Shown one piece after another: positions 1 to 15,000 of a stretch of 64,000 nt of DNA. The notes beneath the pieces were generated by a model that saw only the letters and a program-made list of their open reading frames with translations, was not told the origin of the DNA and searched no databases. The stretch is from the NCBI GenBank assembly GCA_030141605.1, contig JAQGDQ010000190.1:186001-250000 (forward strand), in the 5' to 3' direction. Each line of letters starts with the position of its first letter. Within the stretch, counting starts at the first letter, position 1. Source of the DNA: Tubiluchus corallicola (Eukaryota > Animalia > Priapulida). The position numbers and the translations under genes were made by a program.

Positions 1-3000
1 ACATGCGAGGCGAAGTCATTTGGGGGCCTCTCCGAGGCATTGGCATAGCTGTAGTTTGTGGGTAGATAAAGTTTGTGAAATCTTCGTGGTGATGATTCAT
101 CATTGGCACTGCATTACTTGCACCAATGACCCCTGTATGCTAAAAACCAAAAAAAAAATGTAAGAGTAATGATAAGAAGTCAGCAAATTATCAGTAAAGC
201 TTTTTCTAACACTAAATTTAAATATTTTAGCTGTTTTGATTAACGCAATCTGAAAAATGCAATGAGCTTTTAGAATCAAAACGGAAATTTATTTAAACGC
301 AGAAAAGTTTAAAAACGTAAAAGCAGAACGAACCGACAAGCAGTTTTTCCCAATTTGCAAACAATCAGAAAAGTGCAGTAAGAACTACTCAAAGCTAAGA
401 ACAGTATGATCATTTGACACCTTCCTTACATATAAAGCAATTGTGCAAGATGCAAAGCATTTAGCCGACAAGAAGTGAATTGAGAAGGCGACACTTTATT
501 CTCCAATTTTATTTTATCATATTACCATATTCAAAAACATAAAATTATGTATAAGTCTTCGGTATGAGTACCACACATGTCAGGTAATCAACTTACGCAG
601 TAATGCTCAAAAACAGCAACACACTGACTCATCATTGTAAATGTAAGCAATCTACTTTGAAAAATATACAAGGACTTTTTTGCAAAAATATAGAAAGCAT
701 GCAAGAAAAATTAATTCAAAAATGCGTTTTTTACTAGCTGTACAAAAGAGTTTATAAAAGAAATTGCACTTACACACAAAAATTTACAACTTCGTTCACA
801 AATGCAACACTGCTTACAGGTGCAGTTGTCACTGAAATTTTCTTATATCAAAGAAAGTGTAGGATGTGACTATAAATATATTATGTGTACTCAGTTTTCA
901 AGATAATTTTTTTAGATTTTAGATTAGTAATAGCTATGTTAAGCAAACAGAAATGACAATAACCTGATGATTTATTTGAGTTGGTGAATGTTGTGACCCC
1001 TGCTGGTGATTGACTGAACTAGCATTGTGTGATCGTTGATTCATCAGACAACTAAGTTGTGCAGTAACCATTTGTCCTGTTAGTGGATACAGACTTGTAG
1101 GACTCAGCATCTGTTGCGACGACGCATCCTCTACATCGATGGGGTTCACGAGGGGTGACGGGAACTGCAGGCAAGTGAGGTCTGGCAGGGAACCGGTATT
1201 GCTTCCAATGGGTATGCTAGGTTGATTAGGGGATGTATCTTGGGAGTGATCCGAATGATACTCTATGCTGAAATAAATAATGCAGAATACTCGAATCAGC
1301 GTTAAAATAAATACAACAAGCAGCAAATATAAATAGTTATTAGTTATTACTATCAGCATTGTTGCCCTAGCTGATACAAGAAAACTGATGCATCTTGGGA
1401 GTTTGCTGTACAAGCTAAAAAAATGCACCTTACTAACGTTAAAAAAATTCTACTTATTTTATCTACTTTAGGATTTTACTATTTATCAACTAACTCTCAT
1501 TGACATTATTCACTACAATGAATCACTCACATAAATCGATTTATTGCTAATTAATATTGACGAACTAATGTACTAGATAATAAACAAAATCTACGAACCA
1601 TCATACCATCATGGGTAAGTTCGTATTACTGCAATAGTATCTCGTAAGTTCATAATAGTATTAAGTAACTATTACTGGTAGTTAATTATTACTATTACAC
1701 ATAGTACTTTTGACATGTTAAGTTAAGTGATAAAACTAATTTTTTGATAAACGGAATGTTTATACTGTCTTATACTTCAGTGTACTAAACTAATATTCAA
1801 AACTACAGGAAATCTATGACTACTATATGGTAACTATGGAATGTGCACTTTGATGCTGAATTCTGAAATTCAACTCCCTTACCTAGAATTTCAAAAAAAA
1901 TCTTGCTTTAGCAATGAATGTATTCTACTGTTATTGAATTTTCAGAATGTATTTTACTATCTCTAACTTTGTAGCAGAACTAATTTTGTTATTTTGTAAA
2001 TAAATGCAATGTATTAATCCCACGAATATTTACAGATGCACTTACTTAATTCCCGGTACTTCACAAGATCGTGGCCGTATCTGCTGTTGCTGAGATATAT
2101 ACTGAAATGGCTGAAACGAAAGCACACAGTGTACACAAATAACTCAGATTAATTAACTGAAGCCATTATCTAAATTGTAACTAACGTCAGGTTTGCAGCA
2201 AGACTTATGATTTTCATTTTAAATTGGTGGAATGATGATGCTATTATTTCACAAAGTTTGAAAACCAATGTACTTAATAAGTAGTTTCAGTAGACTCGGC
2301 ACTTAGACACACAGATTTAATTTCTAAACGATAAATAGATTAAGAAATGTGATGCAGAAACAGTAATCAACAGCCCCTTTGTGTAAATTTGTAGTTTTAA
2401 CTGTACCTTTAACAGGCGTGTTAAAATTACTCGGAGATTTTAGTGCCAATGAACTTTGATATGCAAAAATACTACAATAATTGTAACAAAATGTCCCTAA
2501 TGTTAAGACAGCATACCTTTCTATGCTCCCATGATGCAGATGTGTACAAACTATTATCGGTTTCCATTTCTGTACAAATAACAAGTTGTGTCACGTTATG
2601 TAATTAGTGCAAAACAAAAACTATTACCGGTATACACTGTAGGTGAAATACGATCTTATTTTATCAAAATGAATTTTAACGAAATGAAATTGAAAGTATA
2701 AATTGGACAATGTGCACCGTTATAATTATGCTACGAAAACGGCAGACCCATTACGGAAAATTACGTCCATTTCTAATGAGCCAACAATGCAGCTGAATAG
2801 ATGAAAAAGTTAATTCAACAAAGTAGCATGCTGGATCAGTTTACAGCATTAATTTTGGGATAGGTATATTACTAACAATGAAGAAAGCTCGGCTTTTAAA
2901 TATATCTGATACCTTAGATTATAACAAAACAGTAATCTATCACATAATTGCCTACTACTTACATAGAAAAATAATAAAAGAAAACAGAGCAGGCTAGCAC

Positions 3001-6000
3001 AGATGCAGGACACACTGTCAAACCACGCAACTAACACAACTTGCTAATCTATCATAGTACTAATTAGACTAAATTATTATTCACAACAGTCTAGCTTCAA
3101 GCACATGGGGAAAACACCCGGGAATGTAGCTCAAACTAACCCAGTCATTTATACTCTTTAAAGTTTGTTAACTCTCATGGGTGGATAAAACATTTTAATC
3201 AAGATATTCGTAATGTAATTGTAGCTATGTTATTACATGCGAAGGCGTGTTGCAGTATCCGAGCCTTAACATGCAAGCGAGTCTGATGTCATTGCATGAT
3301 TTTTTCTTTTTGACTCAATGTTCACTTGTGTATGACTGAAGCTATAGAATTGATTTGGTCCAAGTTTTTAATGAGCATGTTTCAACTTGACTCGGACTCA
3401 AAATCATGGACTCCTGTACTTGACTATGCGAGTTTAAAAATTGTAATGACACAGAAAAATATCGTATTAAGTGACGTCTGTTGTAGAAGATTTCACAAAA
3501 AGCAGTTTATTGGAAACTTTTTACTTGATAAATTTTAAAGTGCGTCAGCCAAGTGTGATTCGAATAAAAACTCAAGATCTTGGACCATAAAACCTCTGGA
3601 CTAGGCTCAGACTTGACGCCAAAGACTTGATACAACAGCATTTCTACAACATCATACTATTTGTGCAAACTCACTGTTATGTACACGTATTCAAAAAACA
3701 CCAAGCAAAATGTATGTTGCTGGTGCAAAGGTGCTAACTGCAATGTAGTGTGCCCCAAACACAGTGAATCTATTTATGTGAATTAACCACCACTTACGTG
3801 AGTCAACAATGTAGATCAAACTTACACAGGAATTAAAATTTATATTACAGTAAACAAAATAGGCCTACCTTCATGATCATGCAAGAGTAGATGAGAAGTG
3901 CTAATTGCTTAACTTACTGTATATGATTACTATTTAGCTATTATTATGAATGACTGTTTGCCACAAATAAACCCTCTGGCGTTTAATCCTAAGTGAAGTA
4001 AAAATGTGATTATTATCTCTTACACTAATACCTGTCACAAATGTCTAGGCCTTTGTGATGATCAAAACTGTAGCTTAACGTTTGCTAATGACTTATATCC
4101 CTCAAATGTACGAATTACTATAAATTATCACGCTGTGTAGTGATAACCAGAAGTGCCGTGAAAATGCCAACAACCAACCAGCCAGTCAGTCGTTAATGTT
4201 AATGATGAACAAATGAAATGCAACAATTCAAATTGAGACAAAAATTTGAGCAACGACTAGATGCAATGATTCATGCTTTCATACATACACTGCTTGCCAT
4301 CATCTAAGTTAACATCAAAACACACGGTACACGCGCACACAACACTATCTAGCGGTTATTCTGACAACTATGGGGTCTCACACACCATGCAACCCTCACC
4401 TCCACTTTCCATAGGAGCTCCGTGCACCGAGGCTAAGGAAGAACAGTATATATATATTACTTGCAAAAAAACCAAGAAATTTCCAAAAAACATAAATGAT
4501 AAATAAGAAACTATGAAAATACAAAGGTGTACAAGAGAAAACAATGTCGTGGAATCTTACATACGAAAACAAAATGATGTATATATGCATAATGAAACTG
4601 TCTGTGTTTAAAGCAGTGCTGCAGCCAAATATGATTGGCTGCCAAAATGTAGTTTAGACATTGCTGATGACTATATCACATTTAAAAACTGACGAGAAGC
4701 TTTGAACAGGCAAAAATAAGCTTTTTTAGTTTTGCTGTGACGTCACTGGTATCTTTAACAAATGTACGTACATATGCGGTAAACACAAATAAAATGGAAC
4801 ATACGAGCGTATGCGGTAAAACACAAATAAAATGGAAAATACTGCATCAGAATTTTTCTTGCTGAATTTATACAAATTACATCAGATTAGATATATTACA
4901 CTTACAGACAGCCAAAAATAATTTATGAATATATCAAGAAAGGAGGCAATCAATTTGCTTATTAAACAGTAGCTGTGTGGAAACAATGAGATCTGTATAT
5001 ATGGTGTTCCATATATATTAGGCTCTATAAACAATAGTGTGATGAGTGCTCCTGCGAATTAAAACATGCTACAAGCTGCTAGTCACAACTTTTTGGGTTA
5101 ATTCATGCACAGTAATTAAGGTAATGATTAACCTTTCTGGCAAAATTTCATGAAGACTATATTTAGCTTAGGTTAGGACTAAGGCTCTTCAATTGTCCTG
5201 ATTTGACCTGGAGACTCCCGGAGAGTACCCTTTTAATGGTAACCACTTTTCTCCAGGTTTTGAAACATTTCTCTCGATTTTCCACCAACTGTTACTTCAA
5301 CGCAAAAATCGTACAATATGCAATTGCAGTGACAAGGCGAAAAAACAGCCATCCCCTTTGCCCAAAAAAGAAATGCCCATCATCTGTCGTGCTAAACAAG
5401 GCGAAAAAATTGTAGCAACACGTAGAATAGAGGTGCGCAACTGCACAAAAATATACGGCAATAAAATTTTAGACATATTATGAGCAATATCTTACTTAAA
5501 GGTTCAAAGCAGTCTTTCTTCCTCCGGACTGCATTTGTACATTCGAAAAAATGCCAGGAAGGTTTCCCTAAGAATCCAAACTGTAGGGAGCACTCTTTCA
5601 GAGTTAAAAAGTGCTGTCTAAAAACATTTTTATTTAGTTTTCAGTTCAGTTTTCTTTTCCTTTTGAACTACACTTCCTTTTCACGAAGTGAAACAGTACA
5701 CCCACCCAGGCTCAAAAACTGTCAACAGCAAAGTACAGGGAACAAATTCTGTCATGACTCATGTTGCTTTGCTGTTTAGTTTTTTCTCATCGATCAGATG
5801 ATTATACCCAAGAATCCACGGTTCTCTTACAACTTTACATATTGAAAACTGTAAAAATGATCACTCTTTCTCAGAAGCATTGTTTGAGTGGCATGACGGG
5901 CACAAAGCAATCTGGCAGTAAGACATTAAAAAAGCAGAAATGATCAGATAACAGAACATTAACCACACTGTAATAATAAAGCAGCCCAGCAGAAGATTAC

Positions 6001-9000
6001 CAGTGACATCACTCTAAAACTTTCGCACGATGTATCTCGATACTAACATTTTTTCATTAATCGCAAATAGTGCATTGAAGTAGATGTGGACATAGTCATG
6101 AGCTTAACATTAAAAATGGCTTCAGGGCTCTTTGAAGTAATAAGAATCATAAATTTTAAACTTAACTTTACATTTATTCAACATAATACTATATTTACTA
6201 CATAAGCAACAGAAAATCAGCTATCAGCAATAATAACAATACTGATAAGTAGGTTAGGTAGTCTTGCCAATATCTAAATAAACTTTCGCTTGCACATCTT
6301 ATTAGATTCTCATATTAAGCATATCATTCTCAGTGAGTTTACCGCATTTACCAAGCTAACAAGCAGTAAAAGCTTTTGGAGACAGCAAATTCTGAAATTT
6401 CTAAAACTGTTGCATTAAATATAGAAACCCAATCTACAACAGAGGATTACTGATGAAATCTAGGAAAACTTAATGAATGCACACTGCTTTATCATAGTTA
6501 TCGCGCATCAATAATAGCACCCTCACAGAAGTGGCATTATTAAACTAAGCATTTATTTCACGTGAAGCGCAGGAGCTAAGCGAATTACAGTGAGTAATTG
6601 AATTATGCTGCAGCTGCTAGTGAAGTGGCTGCAGTAGACTGTTACTATTAGAAATATAACTATGTCTAAGTAACAATATAATTTATAACCTACAATTAAA
6701 CAAGTAAGAAACCACAAGGCAATTAACCCAAAGGATATTATAAAGCAGTTTCAATGTAATTGCTAATCATTATTTTGTCACAAAATATATGTGTATGTAT
6801 CTGCACTGAGTAAGGGTATTGAGGGTAACTGTATGTAATAACTAGTATTAGTGAAAAATTTGCCAGTTAAAGTGGAGAAAAGTTCTTACCTCTTCTTGGA
6901 GCAGGAGGTGACAACGTCCGTCCAGTGTATTGCTCTACATCAGTAGATGGTACTGTGCCTGTTCGGTTTATTGCCGAGTCTGAATTTGCCCTGGTTAAAA
7001 ACGTATCATTGGCATTAACGTAACTGTAAGCACTGAACTGTGTAGATAAATTCTCAACTGAGCTATTGATTGTTACAAAAAGTGTTGAAGTAATGAAAAC
7101 CTTTATCTGAAAGGTAAAGATAACAACTTTGGAAAAACAACAATTTTAAAGATCAATTTCCAACAATTCCCATATGGCTACACTTGGTTATTATAACTGT
7201 CTAAATTTGAAATTTGAATTTTTTTTCATTGTTGAAATTACTGAAACTTAACTTACATCTTATAATTAATATCAAATGAATTATGTTTTTCTTATGAAAG
7301 CAACAGCTTTAGATATAATGAAAGCACAAGTTTAATAGTCCCATCTTGTGCTTTATTCATTTACACATGACAAATTTGTCCTCATGTCAATTTTCTCTCT
7401 CTACAACTGAAACACAGCTTTATCTGTGATACACTATATTGTGCAATTTTGAGTACTAATATAGCGCACTATACATAAAGACTTCCACCTTGTGTAACTA
7501 CGACAATAGCATGAAAAGCTGTCAATGCATTTTGCCATGGCGACAATTACTACGAAATGACAAATGAATGAGAATACATGTCAATTAGCCATGAATAAGT
7601 GTCTATTCACGCACCACATTAGTCTATCATAGTCTAAAATTATCTTCCTCACGGTATTATTGACCATGAATGAAAAGCAGTTAACGACACAGCACAATAA
7701 TTAAAATTGAATAGGCCTAATTAATACAAAAGTATAATATAATATACTACAAAACTGTTTGTAATATATACTTAAAATTACCAGTTAATATAAACTTACT
7801 TGTAAAAAACTTGTGGACTATTTCTTAATTTATTTGGTTTACATTTTAGAAAAATGCACTTAAGCGAACTGAATCAAAAATTACCAAAAATGCACACAAC
7901 AAACATCTTCACAAACAAGAATTTCTAATAAATATTTTTTTCTACAACTAAAGATGTTCATGTTTTTTATGAAATTATGAAATTTTATGATGTTACTTAT
8001 GAAACTAGTAAACAAACACAAGATTTGTATATACTTATGAGTTGTGTAAATAATAAACACGTGCCTGTAAACATTTGAAGTACCACAGATTATTGTAACT
8101 TTGTTGGTACAATATATAACATTGCGACATATAAATTTTCGCATAAACCCTATGTAGTATATAATGGTCAGCTTTGCGCACGATTAAATCTACACATCAA
8201 TATTTAAACATTAATGTGAACTAGTCTAAGCATGGAAAGAAAACAAATACAGTAGAACAGCGCCTACGTTACAAATCCGCAAACTCTACTGGGACTGCTA
8301 AGTGTATTTGAACTGATGAAGCTTAACTGCAGCAGCCAGTAATTTCATCCTCTTACGGATACAATGATAATAATTACAGGATCATTTCATTATTATTGTG
8401 CACACAGGTGCAGAATGCAAGTAAGAAGTCTTATAATCACAGAATATGAATGCAGTTATCTGCAGCTTAAAAAATTTAATGAAATTTACTGCAGTTTACA
8501 GGCGAGTAATACTTCAATGAGATTCTAGGGCTTTACTAATATTTATTAAGTGTTTGAGCATTTGGTCACATATGTAATGTCACTAAATAAAATATAACTA
8601 TATTGTGTATTATACGTGCATAATTATTTCACTGTTGTATGTTTAAGTATTTAATTATCTGGGGTTAGTGCTCTTTAGAACATAGACATGTGTTCAATAT
8701 ATATTGAATGCTCTCGCAATTCACAAAATTTTAATTTTACAGCTGTACCCAGTATGTCATTCTAGTAACAATGATTATTCTATTCTGTCAGGTCTGGTCA
8801 GTCAGGTCTTACAACACTGCTTTTGAAGGCTCTCCAACACTTTAGACATTTATTTATATTTTCACCTTTGTAGTGTAGCATTGTACCCCAAATGGCCATT
8901 AGCTTTGCTTCACACAATTTTTGCAAAAAAGATGCAAGTAACACATCACTTTTTAATTTAGTGGGGTGATGCACAAAATACACTTGGCCACTTCCCCTCT

Positions 9001-12000
9001 CTTAAGTGATAGTAAGCAAATCTGAATCTCACCCGCGATAGTAAGCAAATCTGAATCTCACCCGCAAAAACTTATTTCAGCCACAGGTATTTACAGGTAC
9101 AAAAATGCAAGTGAAATGAATTGTGCATCATCACTATAAAAAGTGTTATGTTTTAAACGACCCACGTTAACCCAGCTAAACTTACAGATAGAAATTAAAA
9201 AGATTTACACGTTTGTTGCAGATGCTGCACATGCAATGTAAAATTGTATTTTACTATGTACAGAAGCAATTCACAAGCTGTGCGCAAACAATACATAAAA
9301 ACAATAAACGTATGTAGTTCAGTACACAACGTTCTAACACGTAGCAAGATGCAGGAATAAATCACTAATATGAAAAATTAATTTGACTAAATTAATAAAA
9401 AACGTGAGGAAGTTTACCTTTGATCAGACAGCATGCTTTTATTAATTTTGAGTGTCACGCCCAAGCTGTTTATAAGATCTTCCTTAAGTGATCTCCTACA
9501 GCACTTATGAAGGTAAATATGGGAATTTTTAGGTTGGCAAAGTCTAGCATCTTTCAATCTTTCTGAATACCTTAAATTTCTGAACTATTTGAAGGAGTCA
9601 ACTTCTTCCTCTTCCTCACACTGACTTGTATCATTTATAATATCACAATGTAACTAATTGTATATGTGGGGATTATTTGCTGACAAATAAAATATATTCT
9701 ATTCTATTCTATTCTAGAAAAGAGTAAATCATATACCAAAGTACAGGGAAGTTTGTGTAAGTTTAGTTCCTTTTTAATTTATTTGGGTACCGTATGTCTG
9801 TACTGCAAGCACTTCACACACAACAGTTTTACAATTTACGCATGGCTGTGTGAAGATGCAAGAAGCCCTGACTGACCGTTGCTACGCAGTTGATTGACAG
9901 CTGTGGCTTTGTGAATGTATGCAACCGCCTTAGAAAACAGTATCACATATCAAGTACGTATTTTATGTGTAACAAAAACATAAATATCTTACCTTCTCCA
10001 ACTTGTATCAGGAGGCGACAAGTGGTACGGAGATACATCCACCTATATGTGCAAATACAGAAATATTTTAATTATACATATTAAATACAGTTAATATTTC
10101 CACATATGAAGTAAAATGGTATTTAGCAAGATTTATAGCACTATATATAAATTTTATATTTTTTCATTAATAGCTGGGGAAGGCCACAAAAAATTGTTTC
10201 TGTCTTACCTCAAAGGCTCAAAAGACGTCAGTAGGAAAGAGAATTTTTTAAAGTTTAAATCAAAGTTTGTTTATTTCCACTGGTTATCAGCAATGTTTTA
10301 AATAGTTTCAATGCGTATTTTCACACTATGGTTTTTAGTCTTTTATTTCACATTACAAAATTATCCTATAATTATCGATTATCATACAGTCTCTTTTTTG
10401 TACGGTACAAACGTATGTTCTGATAATTACGGTGTAACCGGTAACACTACTCGGCCGTTAATATGCTGATTTGGCAGAAAGTACGATATTTTTAGCCTTC
10501 AATGTGAAAACCAGTATGACACAAAACGGCAACTCTGGTCAAGAGTTAGCCGTATAAAAACAGGGCTGCGACCTCACTGAAACAATGATGTTATAATAAT
10601 TATTGCTCTTTACATTTTAAATTAAAAAAATAAGCTTTTATATGACTGACTGCATCAGGTAAGTTTGCAGTCTGTTCATATAAAAAAAATTATAAAATTC
10701 CCGCAGGGCGCGCAATAAAAACAGCAAAAAACAAAATGGGCAATTAGATGGAAACAGAAGTATTTTTATCGTCAGCCCGGTTTAAACTTTTTAATTAACA
10801 CACAAATTTCTAAAAGAAAACATCTGTCTGTCAGTGCCTGTGAACACAGAGCTAAATTTGCAAGTTAAAAAGACCTCATTTTGAACAATTTCTCAGTTTA
10901 GTAGTGAGCACTTTATAGGTGATCAATATAAATTTACAGAAGGGCTGCTATGAAAGATTTTGACTGATAAAATTGATTTAATTTGTCTTTTGAAAATAAT
11001 TTCCTTTATTTCGTAACTGTTTACTTCACAGAAAAGCTTTTACTTTTGACACCCAATCTTACTGACAGCAGGTGGCACAATTGTAAAAATCTATCAAGCA
11101 TCAAATACATGTATATTATACATTTTACATAGTACAGTAGCAATTCATAAGTGATATATATTTGTATACACAAATACATCACTGTACTAAATTAACAGCT
11201 CAAGTTAAATTTCACAGCTTTTTACAAACAGAAACGGCACTCCACTTCACTCCCCCTTAACTACACCACTGATCATACCCAAAATTAGGCATTCACTTTT
11301 AAACTATTCTACCTATTAAACTATTCCATTTTAAACAATAATCAAGATATGTAGAATAAGTGATGTGTAAGAAACTGGAACATTCCAAAGTGGTTGAAAT
11401 ATTTAAACAATGTGCCTAAAATCATAGCCACAAAGTACTTTAAATTTGAAATAAAATAAAACACTATTCAGCCTGGCTTCTATTGTGCAGAATTTATGAT
11501 ACTGCATTTACCATGCGAAATTGCGCCTCACCTAGCACCAGTGTATTTCAGAAAACTTGGATGCGTATTGGAATTCCAACGTTTTTTTTTGGAATTTTTG
11601 TTTCAATTAGAATGCACTAAAAATTGAAGGTGAGCAAAAAATGCAGGTTCTCCAGTAGTTTATTTGTAGCTTTGTAACTGAGTAATTAATTAACTATACT
11701 CACGTAATGAGTTAAACTCAGGCTTTTAATAAGAAAGCCAGTCATAAACTGAAGAACTAGTTTCTCATTAATTGTACGAACTAGAACCGATAACAGGATG
11801 CTGCCTTCCTTAATCTTTCCCTAAAACTGCACTCATAGACATCAGAAAATACAAACTGTGTTTGAATGTTAGGAAGTCAGAAAATCTACCTAAACTTGAC
11901 CTAAGACTAATACCTAGAAAATCAAAAATATAAAAACTTTAAATTTTACCCTCTTATCAAATGGTGATGATGGTGACATTCTATGATGACGTTGCATCTG

Positions 12001-15000
12001 TCGACTTCGGTGCACTCTGTCAACCAATGCCTGTCTACTGCTTGTATGTCTGAGATCATCAATTCCATGAATTGTTTTCTATATAAAGTGTGAATTAAAC
12101 ATTAGGATGGATTAAACAGTACATGCAGTTTGCGATGCTCAGCTCAATTAGTACAGACAAAAGGCTGGATTGTTAGAAACCTGGAAATAGAATCTAATTC
12201 GCATTCAATCTATTATGGTAAGTTAAAATACTGCACATCTAAAGTACCGTCATAATGGTTAATTAATTTGTTGATTGTCACGCGACTAAGAGCTCAACTT
12301 TACACTAGTATGATCAGAGATCGTATAGCAATCTTGCTAGTGAGAAACTTGCGTTTGGCATATTTTAATAAAAACATAAAATAGATATAACACTTGTAAA
12401 ATGAATTGTTTCACTGAATAAATAACGGAAAAAATTATAAGACATCCTTTTTAGACAGGAGCATGTGTTATACCATACAGTATTACATTCTTGGGACTGT
12501 TCAGTAAAATTATGATTTTATTTAAAATACAGAAATACACTAAAAGTAGTGTGTTTTCTGTATTCTAAATAATTTTTTATGATGTTTACATTCTGTCTCG
12601 TTTTAAAGTTCATTATAAGTTTAAAAATAAAAAAAACAAGTTGATTTCATTTAATACCCGGCATACATATGCACAGAATCTACGTAACCTGGGAGCATCT
12701 GTGACTGATTATTAATTTCTCATTAAATTACCTATCTAGTTGATTTATGTTATCACTGCTGATTTCACTCGTCCTACTCTTACTCACTTGGCAATATTAT
12801 TGATTTTGTTGATGCAATCATTCAACATAATAACTCCTACTGCACACATTATTTTTGTGGCAAGCACAGTACATTAATCTCTTGTCTACCAGGTACCTGA
12901 CTGGGATGATGCAAAGCATTAAGTGTACAGCCTGATGTGAGCAGATAGGAACTAAGTGTGACAAAGAAGGCGAAAAGTTTAATTAAAACATCGGGATGTG
13001 GAAGCAAAATAGCAGACTCACAATGAAGAGTTTCATTTCGTGATTTAATGAAAGTTTTGCTTACTAAAAATTAGTACATGTATGTATATGGATCAGAACT
13101 GACACCACAACATTAACAATCATTGTACTAAGTTGTCTATGACACAACGAACCAGTATTCACACTTAGCCTTAATATAATGCTCTCAGCAAGCAAAAAAA
13201 CAGTATTACCTTTGGTAAGAAAGGTTTAAATCAAGCAAAAATAGAGGTTATTTATTTTAATTTTACAAACAAGCTGATTAAAGCTATCATTTTTAAGATG
13301 GTGAGAGTAAGAGCTGCTACTAAATATGGGGGCTTCCTATATATGATGTTTCAATCACATAATTATTACTATACTAGAAGACTTTTTTAAAGTCCTCACA
13401 AATTTGTAGTTAGTTTGCATATTATAAGCTCATTAGTAAATGCACAGCCTTAGTTTATGTTCAATGTTTCTTTAACTGTAATGCGCAACATTAGCAATTT
13501 CCAAAAAACAACCAAAAAATAGAGAGCAAAATAATTATTAGTACAAATGGAAAAGGACTTGTAAATACTTTACAACGCGCAGGCTTATAATGAATACAGT
13601 TACCTTGTTTAATAAAACAGGCATAGCTGCATAACAACCATGACAGGTATAGCTGCATAAACAGGTTGGAACTATGACAGATCATGATTGATTATCAATC
13701 AATTTTAAAGGGTGATGAACAATCACATGAAAGGAGACTGATTCCCATTCAGCCATTAATACGAGGACAAAGGACTGCTAGGCTGAGATGTGCATTGATG
13801 CCTTGTTAAAAACGTGCAGCAACATTTTTTGGCAAAAAGAATTACATAACCCTATAATGCAAGACACTGATAATGTAGATACTACTCTGTAGAGAGAATA
13901 AAAGTGAGAATTTAGATGGTTCCTGCGGAGTAAAACAAAAATTTTGTCAGTCTCCACTAATTTTTTGTTTGGGTAGGTTTTTTATTGTGGCAATAGTGTA
14001 TTCTAGGGATGTCACACAGCTCTGCCGGAATCCGAATCCAAATTGGAGCTTTGACATGACTTGATCTGCTGAACTTTTATGTTACTTTAGATCCGACACA
14101 ATTCAGTAGAGGGTTTTTTTAAAAAATTCAGTTTAGTTTCGACTGCAGTGACGATTTGGTAGCACTTTATTACAAAAGTAATTAGACGCTCATTTACCTT
14201 TACATTTTTCAGCAGAATTACTCAAATTGCTGTCTTTTTTGAAAATTTTGTCCTATTTGAAATATGCAAATGTCGCAATATTCAGTTTCAGCGTATGTCC
14301 AACTAGTGAAATCCTACATGAACGCATGCACCACATTACGATTTTTACTGCTAATTCCAACAAAATTGCTAAGATTTCTTGTATTACTTTAGCAAAATGC
14401 GGTTTTGCTAACAACATACAATGCGGCTTAGACAAATGTAGTTTTTTATCATGCACATATTTTTTACCCTGAGTGTAGGTAAAGGCACCTGCAAGTAGTG
14501 TTTTGACTAACAGATAATTTTATATTAGACAATCTGTTAGTCAATGGCACAAAAATGCATTAGCTACAAAATAACTAGATTATATACAGTCTCATTGTTG
14601 TAGAATTACTGTCAAACGTGCTGCCCAAACAGATCATTCTGTAATCTGCTTTCGTGAAAAACACTGCTGTCTTATCAATCTGCCATAATTTGGTTGAAAA
14701 CTGCATAGATTGAAAAATATTAGGTTGAAAGAAAGGTCTAAAAAATCGAGATTCGAATTTTATTCCGTTTCAATAATTATTCTAAATTGAGATTCAGATT
14801 CGAATATTTGATCCGGATTTGAAAATTATTATAAAATGAGATTCGGATTCGGTACTTCCTGATTTGTGACATCCCTAGTATACTCAAGCACATTTGCTGA
14901 AAAGCATCTAATATGCAATACGTCTATGTCCCATCTTTTTACTCATGTCCCTAGTGATAGTACTTAGTAGTAATGCTATACACTATGAGATCCTGTTCAT

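Noticed and set aside
4738-4745. Full palindromic CRE (TGACGTCA) in a CRTC intron, suggesting autoregulation
   Set aside because: About one such 8-mer is expected by chance in 64 kb, and it is far from the promoter.
5160-5180. TTAGGTTAGG telomere-like motif in a window containing POT1
   Set aside because: Only two units; compatible with chance.
14468-14488. 21-nt phase 0-0 microexon candidate (VPLPTLR) in CRTC intron 1
   Set aside because: Lies inside the hAT MITE, has a weak pyrimidine tract and no homology support.
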